Source: Fimbriosthenelais zetlandica (taxonomy: Eukaryota). From it: DNA of 64,000 nucleotides. Positions 51,965 to 63,250 of the stretch are shown here, piece by piece; position 1 is the stretch's first letter; each line of letters begins with the position of its first letter. The notes under the pieces are model-generated. The model was not told the origin of the DNA. It did no database searches and was given only the letters and a program-made list of their open reading frames with translations. A program made the translations under genes and the position numbers. The stretch lies in assembly GCA_977030845.1 (NCBI GenBank), contig OZ365114.1, positions 23,002,001 through 23,066,000 on the forward strand, read 5' to 3'.

Positions 51965-52034
51965 GACCGTAGCTCAATGTATAGCGCATCTTTGATATAT
52001 GAAACGGATCACTGGTTTCCCAACAGATAGGTCA
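51965..52034 (+). pseudogene. Degenerate tRNA-like sequence (tRNA pseudogene or SINE head)
   Basis: GACCGTAGCTCAATGTATAGCGC resembles an acceptor 5' strand plus D arm (A box). It ends in GGTCA, but the T arm/B box is degenerate (CTGGTTTCCCAACAG). Confidence 0.25.
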
Positions 52035-53210
52035 CAATTAATTAAGCAATCTTAAAAGCATTATGAAAAGGACAAAAAAATGCCCCCAAATTATATCATT
52101 TGCCAAATTGATTTATGAACATTCACTTGGTGCGCTATATAATACCGCAAGATGGACCAAATAGATGAACTACTAGTATAGGCCCATGTTCTATAAAGTG
52201 ATAATGATATACCAGAGATTATACTCGTTGCTACTATCGTTGCTACAACCAAGAAGCAAACCGCAGACCATGGACAAGTGACAGTACCAGGGGAGTACCG
52301 ACGAGCCTGCCCTCTGTTAAATCGTCGGGTAACTAAATCATTTCGAATCCACTCTCAATAGGGTCGAAGAGAAATGTGGGACACAAAACATTATATGGAT
52401 GGATGGTTTATTCCAAAAGGTTCTAAACGTTAATCACAAAGCAATTTTATGTGTAGCCTAACTTGATTTTGTTGCATCCTTATTGTTCAAGGTACATGTA
52501 TTCCATAAATGGTGATGTAATGGGAAGCTTCAAAATGGCTGCCAGACAAGGGAACATACACAATATTAAAGCATACAGGTACAGGTTAACAAATATCTCT
52601 CGTCTGATTAAGTGTTTCAATGATTATTGCAAATTCGAGTGATCGACTCGTGAAAGAAATCAAGATTATATCGATACCATGTCAACCTGTTCCAGACATA
52701 ACTAATCAGTGAGAATATGGATTTACATAGCGCTAACATAACCTATTCCAATACATGGCGTTACTTATGAAACAGACAATTATAATACAACATTTACATA
52801 TTTACACATTTCTCGATCATTTTGCAACACTTGGAAATACCAGGTCTTGTATGTCTATTCACGGAGTAGATATCCGTTCAGAGATTCATCATTTATCCAC
52901 GTATCGTGTATAGGCGATGTCTGAGAGGTAGCCTATTGCAAAGATCGATGTATCACACTAAGCTTATATAACTATTACTGGTCTCTAAGGAAACATTTTT
53001 GACAATAAATTATTGTCAACGTCTGCAACATAAAGTTTAGTGCCGACCGAGTTCAACTTACCCACATCCCAAACAGAATTATTTGATAAATTTCTGCAGA
53101 TTCATCTTCCATTTAAAAAAAATCATTTGAAATATATTTTTCTTTTTTGTATGTTGCAAGGATGATTTACAAAACATGTTTAACAAATCCAATTTTAGAA
53201 TCAAATGATT

Positions 53211-55968
53211 TTAGCAAGTGATAATTGCAGCAAGAATAGTCATCAACGAAATAAGAAGGAAGAGAGGAGTCAAAACTTGGGCGCCACATGGATCGGATAC
53301 TGAAAGATAAAGAAAAGAAGCCATAATAATCTGAAAAAACGGAAGAATTCAAATAAAGCGTTTATGGGAGGATTGGGAAGTCGGAGGCTGGGTTGCATGG
53401 CGGGTAGGAGTGGGTAGAGGTGGGTGGATGGAGCTGGATGGAGGGAAAAAAGATGAAGGTTTAACATAAGATTAAGGAATTTTAAATTTGACAAATACGC
53501 GTCACAATAAAACATAGAATACTTACACTCCACACAGTAAGCTAACCCCAACGGATGAGGAAAACATGTCAGTCCATAGCTACAAAAATCATCCTTATTG
53601 TCGCATCTGTCCCCTTCCGAAAGGCCGCCCCTTGCTGTTCAGTAAGGAATGATAGAATATTATTATAGGCCTAGTACTAGCATAACATGTACTGAACAAA
53701 GAAACACTTTCATCCAACCTAATCTATTTTTTCATGTCCACAGAGGAACAGGTAATTATTCCTTATAGATTATCGCTGTCAGAATCCTTTTGTAAATTTG
53801 GAATAATTACCGTTTCTAGGGATACACCTTTTTGAATCCATATTGAAAACTTCATTCGTTGCACACCTATAGAAACCGTTCACACACTGCATACCTCCAC
53901 AGGTATCATATGTGTTACACCTTGCTGTTGCACTTCCTGTTAGAACAAAGGCATATGCAAATTATTATTAATATCTCACATATATATTTGACATATTCTA
54001 AATTGTATTAATCTTCAAGGGATTTCAATAAAACGTCCCAAAAAGCTAGCAAGCTTTTCCATTGGCTCACGTATGAGGAAAATTTTTAAATATGTTGCCA
54101 TCTTACCATCGAGAATGCAGTGACAAAGTTTTTTGTCATATGTAAAGCCAGTTTGGCAGTGGCACTCTAATTCATCATCGTCATCATCCTCTTCCTGTTT
54201 TTTACAAAACAAAGGTCCTTCAAGTAAAATAAAGTTAGACATCATTACACGGGTGTGAGACATTACCTGATTGGCAGCACATATTATATACCTTTGGACA
54301 ATCAAAATAATAGAAATATGCTATTTAACAAGGGGCGGATCAAGGGGGTCTGGACTCCCCTTTGAGATTATTTTTCGTTGCTAATAATGTAATAGACGGT
54401 CACCACCAAAATTCCACCATTCAATTTCAGAGATCTTAACCGAAAGTGAATAGAAATATCGAGGTGTACCTCTCTGTTGGTTACATTCGCTAGTTTTAGT
54501 ACAGTCAAAGTCACGGCGTGCTCCACACGTCTCGCCATCACGGGCCACCTTGCCGTCATGATTGGAGGTACTGCACGCACATTCACCTCCTATTATTTCC
54601 GCGTTACAAGGACAGACCTCACATGTCTCATCCACAGATTCACCTATCTCCTTAACTGAAATATAAAATGATAAAAAGATCCATCATCACCAGAGACTTC
54701 TTTATTCGGTTATGATTCTCTAGCAAGTTTATTATTGCAGGATAACAATGAGTATCGATAGACCTATTAAACTCATTAGAAACGATTAAATATGGATGAA
54801 CTACGAAAAATAATGTAATTTTTTGGTAATATTTGGTAATAATATATAAGTAAAAGAATGCTCAATATCTATATATGTATAATACTTACACTTCATGCAC
54901 GCAGCATATTTGGGACAGTATGTGTAACCATCTTCACATGTACATTGATAGGTTCCAAGACCTTCAGGTGTTTCCTGACAACATGAGTGTCTAAAGTTAC
55001 AGCTATCATTAGGGTTACACGGGTCCCCGTGCTGTCCCACATACTCTGCATGAAAGAATGCATAACATAATCAACCTGGAACTTTCAGATAGATAAAAGA
55101 TATTTCACAATGTAATCAATGGAAAAAAGAACCAATTTACCTGAATATGAAAAAGCTATGACGCAGAATAAGAACAATCCCGTCTGAAATAGAACAAATA
55201 GAAAATCAGTATAATAGTGAAAAAAAACCTGTATAGTTCTAGTACTACTAATTCAGGTAATATTTGTCTCATCCTTGGATAATAATCATATATTTAATTT
55301 TCTTTATATGATTTATGTAAGTACGAAAAGCTTTTGAGATGCAATTGGATGCTTTTGGGGTTGCTTGCGTGAGACTGGCAGGCCAATAATGAAATATTCA
55401 CGAAGAGCTAATGAATAGCACAAGTCGCTGTCATGGCAGCAGGCAGAGTACAGTGTAAGTCAGCTACAAACAAAGCAGCTTCCAGTTTCCATAGCAGGAA
55501 GAAACAAACAATAATATCTTCATTCCTAGATTCTAATTTCTAAGTGTGTCCCAATGTCTTGATTTTTCGATAAATTAATTTACACTTCTCTTTTAACTGA
55601 ATTTCAACCAACCAAATGTAGATATATGGATACCACCATAATTATCTTACCCTGTACAGAAACTAAACAACCATTAACTGATTGGATTGACCTTGATTAG
55701 TCCAAATACAGATTAGAAATAAAAAGTTCTCAAAAACTATTTTTCACAAGGTGAAGCAATGAAAAATAGTGGTTTCAGCACTTGTTGAGACTTTTTCTCT
55801 CCATTACAAAGAAATTTTACCAATCGGGAAGAATAAATTTAAAGATCGAGGTAGATTCATGTTTTTTTTTTTAACAGAATAGGTAATAATGTACTTTTCC
55901 TTTCGAAAAGCAAGATCGACAAAACAGAAAAATTCGAATAAGATCATAAATACCTGTAATGGATTCAT
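53211..55968 (-). CDS. Secreted cysteine-rich EGF/EB-like repeat protein with C-terminal hydrophobic (GPI-anchor-like) signal, ~277 aa, 8 exons
   Basis: Exons 55968-55954, 55183-55141, 55045-54890, 54655-54470, 54217-54107, 53936-53811, 53634-53527, 53299-53211. All are GT-AG and sum to 834 nt in frame. N-terminus MNPLQTGLFLFCVIAFSYS (signal peptide), 33 Cys, CxCxxG[YF] motifs, C-terminus SDPCGAQVLTPLFLLISLMTILAAIITC*. The exon 4 donor (G|GTACAC) is weak. Confidence 0.82.
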
Positions 55969-56883
55969 TTTCCTGATGAAAGTTGATGCAATGTTGGTTT
56001 GTCTGTAGGCCTGGTTCGCTTAAGGCAGTGATGAAGAAAGCAGTGGAGTTATATGTCTTTCTCTCTCTGTGTTTAATCCCTGATTGCCAAGGCTTCCTGG
56101 ACTATGTGGCGTGATAGAGGGCAAGAAAAGCAGGAAGCTGATTGCTTCCTTCTAACAACACACCCCTCCCCATAGTGCATCTCCATGGTCACCCAAAACA
56201 GACGTCACACATATAGGCTAAATACAAAGCCTATTCCTGAACATTAAAGACAACCTTAAAGAGATACGTTATACGTCTAGGCAATCTTGAAATGATAGGG
56301 GAAAGAGTGTAATTCGGTGTATTCCAATTTAAATTGGCCTATTGCATTTCAACATAAAAAATAACATCATAATTCATCATTGTGAATATGTACATGTACT
56401 TAATTACATTTATTCAATGAGCTGAGTTATAGAATCGACCGCATTTATTTCAAAAAAAAGTCGACTAGGTTTTTTTCTGTAGACATATATATATCTATGA
56501 GGGCTTATGCACGCCGAAATAATTTTAAATCTTACAATATAAACTGATATGACCCAGACAATTGGTTATTACACACAAAGAGTAAATAATAATAATCATC
56601 ACCCGGCACCCAAAGAATAAATATACAAGATCGTACACACATAAAGCTACGGTAAGTCTTGTTGGTTACTATCATGATATCTACTGACACAAGTATAATA
56701 GTTTTACTTCGATATTATTTATCTATCCTTCAATAGGTGACAATAATCTCTCTTCTACAATGTTATGTATTTTCTGCATAGCAATAGGTTCATTCATGTA
56801 CATGGAGTTTACAGAGTAGGAATGAGGACATACGTTCACTAAAAAGTATAAGGATGAGCAGCCATCTTATTAATGCATTTTCC

Positions 56884-59711
56884 TCACTTCTTCTTTTTCT
56901 GAAAAGAAAATATTGCCACCTTAGTACTTTGTAAGAGTTAGAAACGTTACAACATTAACCTACAACATGACTAAAGTTCATTCAAAAAGTAACTTGTCAG
57001 TAGGCGAAAATCATCTATATTTACCTTCTTGCCACCTTTCTTTTTCTTCTTCATACCCGTGCCCAACTTTATGAGATTATTGAATGTGTCTGATGCCATA
57101 CGGTGTGTGGTGCACACTTTAACTCCCGGAAGATCGGCTAAAAAGTAAAAAAAGATATCTTCTTATTAAAGTGAACCATGTCCGATGTGTACATTAAATT
57201 GGAAAAATCAAAGAAGGAAGAATACTGACCTTCTTTCCTATCCAATAAAGCCTCAACAAGTTCTCGTCCACCCATGTCTCCAATCAAATTATCGTCCAAG
57301 TCCAGTTCTTCAAAGCATTCCGAATGCAAGAGCAGCCTAAAATTTATTCAGACCGGAAACATCTTGCCGTAAGGGATTTTGTGATGCATATATATGTATG
57401 TCTTTCCTTTTAAGTAACTGTGTTATGTCCTTAAGACTCAGGACAACCGTACCTACGTTAAAGTACGGATTAATTTTAACATTTTGTATCTGCAGTTAGT
57501 ACTGAAAACTAAGTACGATATGACGTCACTCAAAATGAAGCAGGCCTTCCTGGCGCTCATTGCGCCCCCGTGATAGTGCCCCTTTAATTCATTAAACTAG
57601 ATATAATTATTATAACAAACGCACATACTTCCTGAACAGTCTCATACATATGAGTGGAGCAGCCAGGCCCTGGTTACCGTGGACATCTATACCATTGTCA
57701 GCCAGGTGTAGTTTATTCACATACGGCCCAGCCTGAGGAACAGCAGGGGCCTCCTTCGTCTTCTTTTTCTTTCCTGCAATTTTCACCCAGAACAATTTAT
57801 CAGTACGCGTCTTTGTTTTTCTCCTTGTGTGGAAGAGCTAAAAAGTGCTTTCATTGGACATTGTTACAGAGTGGTAATCAATGACTTACCTTTCTTTTTC
57901 TTCTTCCCAGACGCCGCGGATCCGGCTCTTGATTTGTCATTATCACTGCTATAAGGGAAGCCTTCTTTTTCTACAGAGGAATATTTAAATAATCAAATTA
58001 CTCCAAGTAATTTGATTATTTAAATTTCAAGACCAAGTTACTCAGAGGTTGTAATATTTGCAATAAGGTGAGAGAACAGTTAGACAAGTAAATCATAGTT
58101 TAATTCTCTCTTTACCTGACACGCCCGATTCGTCGTTTGTCTTGGTCTCCATTTCCTTATCGTACGTCTCTGTTTCCGCATGATCAGCACAGAGTTTAAT
58201 CAGCTCCACAACACCTTCACACTCAAGATCGTTACCATCCAGATACAAGTCCCTTCAAAAAGAGTTTTTTTAAATTATTTCATCCAGTAAAATTCTAAGT
58301 ACAGGATCAATTTATAGAAAGCGATAATACAAAATTCTTGGTGAAATTCATCAATTGCTCTCACCTCACAGCAGAACTAGCCAGCATATCGCCCAAGGTT
58401 TTACCACTGGCGATTTCTAGTCCACAGTAGCACAAACTTAGACTGGTGACGGTGGTGTTCCCCATTAAACCCATACACAGGCCTCTACAACCTTCATCTC
58501 CGAACCTGATGAGGAAGTATAAATAGTAACATGTGAATAAAACACTTTCAAATATAGAAACGTTAAAATTCAGGCAATACCGGTTAATACCGAAAATATT
58601 TTTGAGAACTTAAAAAAACTCACTCGTTGTAATCAAGATTTATCGTTGTGAGGGTGATACATGAACTGAACGCTCTGGAATGAGACAAATACAATATAAC
58701 CAATTAATTATGTCATATATGTTTTCATAAGATTTTGTTTCTTCATGCTTGAAAAGGTCAGGTGAATAATTTATTTAAATCTATTCGACAAATGATAATG
58801 AATAGTTACTTACACTGAGAGCCTTTGCATTGAATATGATTCTATGAGGCACTCCTCCAGTTCAATTTTTCTCACAGGATATATCCCACGTTCTAATAAC
58901 ACAGCCTGAAAAAAGAGGTTCAAATATCAGAAAACAAGTCGTCTATAACGAAGGGTTTAGATATGATTAAAATATGATTCATCTGAATAAATAATCCAGC
59001 TTAAACCATTGATATTTCAGACTGTCCACCTATTTTGTTCACTTTCCCTACCGAGATCCCACATAAAGGTCTCAACATAAGCTTTGAATATTAATTTGTC
59101 AATGTACTTACGATTGATGATATTTGGTCGTGGGCAAGTGGTATATTCCAAACATACAAGTCCTTAATGAAGACATAACGTTCCTGACGTATGGCTGTCG
59201 TCATTGGATCAAGTGACACATGCATAATCTTTGGGTTCTCTATACTTTTTACGGGTTCAGGCATCACAATGAACTGCAGTACAAATTAAGATAAATCCAA
59301 TGAGTGTAATCATGTCAGTATAAACAACAAGTATAATAATTATCTATAGGGCCTACTAAATAATATTATATTCTCTAGTCTTTGGTACCGGTATAATAGT
59401 ATACTTAGTAGACTTGTCATAAGGTAATAGTTAGGCACTTGGGATTTATTTTTTTTAAATCGTAATACATGACATGGATATTACCAAAAATGCAGAGATT
59501 TTTGAATGAAAAAATTCACCTTTTCAAGAAGCTTGTTGTTCTCAATGCAATCCTTGAGGGCATTTCTTAAATCACAGCAGAAATGAGTATTAGTCAACAC
59601 GCAGTTTCTTTCATACGTTTTTAACAGTCTCTTCACAACTGATTCTGCAGTCTCATTTCCAGGAATTTTCGGAGCTTTCGCTTTTTTCTTCTTTCCACCT
59701 TTTTTCGGCAT
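56884..59711 (-). CDS. Ribonuclease-inhibitor-type leucine-rich-repeat protein with three poly-lysine tracts, ~411 aa, 11 coding exons
   Basis: Exons 59711-59520, 59273-59112, 58905-58814, 58674-58624, 58505-58365, 58252-58116, 57970-57890, 57773-57629, 57336-57230, 57137-57025, 56898-56884. All GT-AG, phases consistent, 1236 nt. LRR motifs: TINLDYNEFGDEG, SLSLCYCGL, DLYLDGNDLECEG, KLHLADNGID, ELDLDDNLIGDMGG. Confidence 0.88.
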
Positions 59712-60079
59712 TTTGGATGGTTGAGGAAGCCAGATTCTGGAGTCTGAAAAATTAAAATAAGTGACTGACTTAGCCGCTAAGTAATAAGTTAGGCCAAAAC
59801 AGATTGTGTGTATCACTATTAATACTACTATTCTGTATAAATAATGGAGAATAGGGGATTCAAGTGACAATAACACATTTTTTTCTGTCTTTTCCCATAC
59901 CAGTTATACCTAGGTTTAGGCCTATTATGAGCTTGGGATACAACAATTACCCTACTGAGTGCTGGCGAACAGGGACTGCCATGCCAGGGCCAGGCAGGGG
60001 GCGGGGCGGGAGCGAGCGGGCAAGAAAACTCGGAATAAACTCGATGAAATAATTAGATATAAGGTCTTACAGGTCTTAC

Positions 60080-60230
60080 CTTTTAAGTCACCGCCGAGGT
60101 ATTGGATATAAGTGCCTTTTTAAGTCCAAAGTCCGAAAATGCAGTCCTTAGATATTGCAAAAAATCGTGCAGAAATGTTTCATCGTGAGTTGTTTTGGTT
60201 CACGGCCGCCATATTGTTTACATCGGCAAC
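60080..60230 (-). promoter_or_regulatory. Probable 5' non-coding exon and core promoter of the LRR gene (X-box-like, YY1-like motifs)
   Basis: Donor AAAAG|GTAAGA at 60079 can pair with the acceptor at 59744. CpG-rich. GCCGCCATATT (60205-60215) and GTTTACATCGGCAAC (60216-60230). TSS not determinable from sequence. Confidence 0.5.
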
Positions 60231-61027
60231 CAGCCTGACGACGTAAATTGCAGGTACTCCATACATAGAGTTTCGCACATTTATTCACAACTAAACCCTT
60301 TGTGTCTTTTAAATTCCAACAAATTATTGTCTGGAAGAGTATTGTGTCAACAATTTATCAATTATTAGCTCGGATAATTAAAGAATGATATAATTAGAGC
60401 TATTTTCTTTGATTGAACAGCTCTTGAAGTACAGATCTTGGTTAAGGACAAACTGCAGACACTTTCTGGAGCAGAAGTCAAATTTCCAGGAATAACAACA
60501 TGGAAATAAGCACTTATGACTGGGATAAGATAGGATTTAAAATGTGCAACTCGCCTCTTTATGTACTTTAAAGTGTGAGTATATTCATTTTTTACTTTCC
60601 ATATTATATTTAATCAATTATAGTCATTAGAACGTGTTTCTATCCAAATCTATTCTAGATCTAGGCTGCGATTTATGCATGGTTATGTAATGAGCAAAAG
60701 CCTGTACTGTAGTCTGTAGCCGTGTAGGCTGTAGCAGTGCAGGTTATATATTGCTATTTAATGAAAAAAAATTATTTGTTTGATGTAGAAGGCAAACTAT
60801 TTTTGCCACGTTTCCCAATAGCATTTCATGGATATTTACGTGAATTTTCCAGTCCTACATATAGCCCCTACCTATCATATGTAGGCTACTATAATGTAGA
60901 ATAGTATGATAAAATTAGGCACAAATATTAAATCTCACTTGGGTTTTTATCAAAATCAACAGATAAAAGATGGGCGAATCGAAGTTTCTTTCTTCGAACA
61001 ATCAGAACAAAGTAGGCCTTCATCAAA

Positions 61028-63250
61028 ATGATTGACACAGTATTAAGGACATCACCAGCGGGTAAGGTCATTAACTGATTAACAAAATCCACAATTTCAA
61101 TCATTTTTCATATTTTCATTAATTCTATGCATTAAACCTACCATGTAAAATACCAAATTTGAAAAATAATATTCCTATATACTCGTAATTAATCTTTAAT
61201 TAAACTATCAATAATTGAATCTCAATGATAACAGTTGACACTTCTGTATTTCAGCTGCTGAACTGAAGCATCGGAATGCTATGATCAGTGCAGTCATTCA
61301 GCTGGTGGTGTGTCTGGTAGGACTGGCGGTGGCCCTACGTGTCTATCTCTACTGTGATAATATCAAGGCTGGTGCATTCTGGTCGCAGTCTGGGGTAAGA
61401 TTATCCCCCCCCCCCCCCCTTCTTTATTATTCATTCTATCGTGTATTCTCGTCTATATACGAAAAATAAATTATTTTTTTTTTTAATTTTCATCAGCTGG
61501 CCGTTGCAGCACTTCTATTCATTCTTGGATTGTACCTCAAACATCATGGTCGGGGATGGGTAAGTGGTCACTTGAATAATATACCTTTTTTGTTGAAAAT
61601 CAAATTATATGAAGGACGCATAGTATGGCTTCATAAATTAGAAAAATATAGATTTATACAACCTACATTTAATAGTTTGCTTCATTTGAAAACAGATGAT
61701 TGGTGGTATGGTTCTAAACATAATTGGAATTATTATGGCCTTTATTGGAGTCATCCTAGACGCTGTACAAGCTGGTCATATCGGGGTAAGTCTGCTTTCT
61801 CACATTAGGCCTATATGTCACAGTTACTGAGTTGTATCTCTTACATTATCTACGATCATTTGCTTTTTAATAAAGCTTACTTTAATCAATGTGCACTCTG
61901 TTATTTTGCTGTTATTTTATGCCATATTTTTCTCAACTAGGAGACTGATTTTAGTCGTTGCATTGATAGCACTGCTGCAGGATCTGTTATTTGTCCACAA
62001 GCCTCACTTGGCATTAGCCACGCATGTTCCTTAGAGTTCAAGGAACACACTTGTTATTGTTGTGATGTTTACAGGCAACACTGTGAATCTTTTGGCATGA
62101 GGCAAGTTTTATATCTTAACTTATTTGAACCTATTTATTTTGGTAATATTTATATTAAAATCCCTATTTTATTTTGTATTGATCCCCTGTATCATTAACG
62201 CAGTATGTGTCATTCAACATTTCAGCCTTTCTACACGCCCATATAAATATGAAGGGGTTCTGTGTTCGCAGATCCAGGGTGAATTCCATGCTTTGCTCTG
62301 GACTTCAATGGGTTTTAATATCCTCGGTTTTGTTGTGGCTATCATGGCCTTCGCCTTGGTGGCAAATTACAGAACAATTATATCTGTAAGTGTTTGCTAA
62401 ATACTTTAAAACTGAAAAATGTATTTGAAATATAGAACATCAGAATATAAGTGGAAAAATCAACTACATGTATCAAATTTCACGAGCTAAAATTATTTCT
62501 TTAAATATATTTTTTCAACGCATATCTCAGTACGGACAATCTTATTCCGATGCGGTAGGGAACTGTTGAGTTAATTGGTTCCACTATTTAAATTTCAAGT
62601 TATTGATTTGTTTTCATTCATGAGGCAATTTGGATTCAGTTCTCCCAATTCTTCTCAGTCAAGCTGTTACAGTTTTATCAATTGTAACTCGATTTATGAA
62701 GGAAATTAAATCAATCGTTTATGTAACACTTCGACAATAATCCCATTGATTTACAATTTCATTCAGAATGTTGCTCAAGCTCCAGTGTCAGTGATGATGA
62801 CCCAGTCATTGAATGATTCATTTGATGGTCGTTTCTCTCATGGTATGGGACCATTCATAGTCTTCTCCCAGCAACAACGCGTGGGTTATTACCCTGGAGG
62901 GATTCCCTACCCAGTGGCTCCGCCTGGTGAGAAATTTATTAACTATCTGTCTTTCTTACAGAATGAATTACAGCACCAGATATAGTCATCCCTATAGAAT
63001 AGTATCTTTAAAAGATACAGGGCTCAATTCTCTCCGTAATATTCAGTCGTAGCAAAATTGATCCCATTTTACAAATAACTGTTATTTCCATCTCGCCTCA
63101 GATTACAACACAGCCATGGCCTCGGCTGCGCCTCCTGTTGTACCAGGTTCGTCTACTAGACCAAACCTTCCTCCAGGTATGACTCCTGTAGAGGAACCTT
63201 TCTCTGCTGCACCTTACGGTGGCATAGAACCGCCCCCCTATGCTCCTTAA
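61028..63250 (+). CDS. TMEM255: TMEM255/FAM70-family four-pass membrane protein, ~318 aa, 8 exons
   Basis: Exons 61028-61061, 61255-61394, 61497-61559, 61696-61785, 61941-62101 (GC donor), 62226-62385, 62767-62926, 63102-63250; 957 nt in frame. Motifs CSLEFKEHTCYCCDVY, ALLWTSMGFNILGFVVAIMA and terminal EPPPYAP* match recalled human TMEM255B (CQLKVRSNTCYCCDLY, RLLWASAVLNVLG, EKPPPYAP). Confidence 0.88.
61405..61419. repeat. Poly-C homopolymer (C15)
   Basis: Directly after the TMEM255 exon 2 donor. Confidence 0.85.

Noticed and set aside
3800-57215. TCF/LEF sites (ATCAAAG/CTTTGAT) suggesting Wnt autoregulation
   Set aside because: About a dozen were seen, roughly the number expected for a 7-mer in AT-rich 64 kb.
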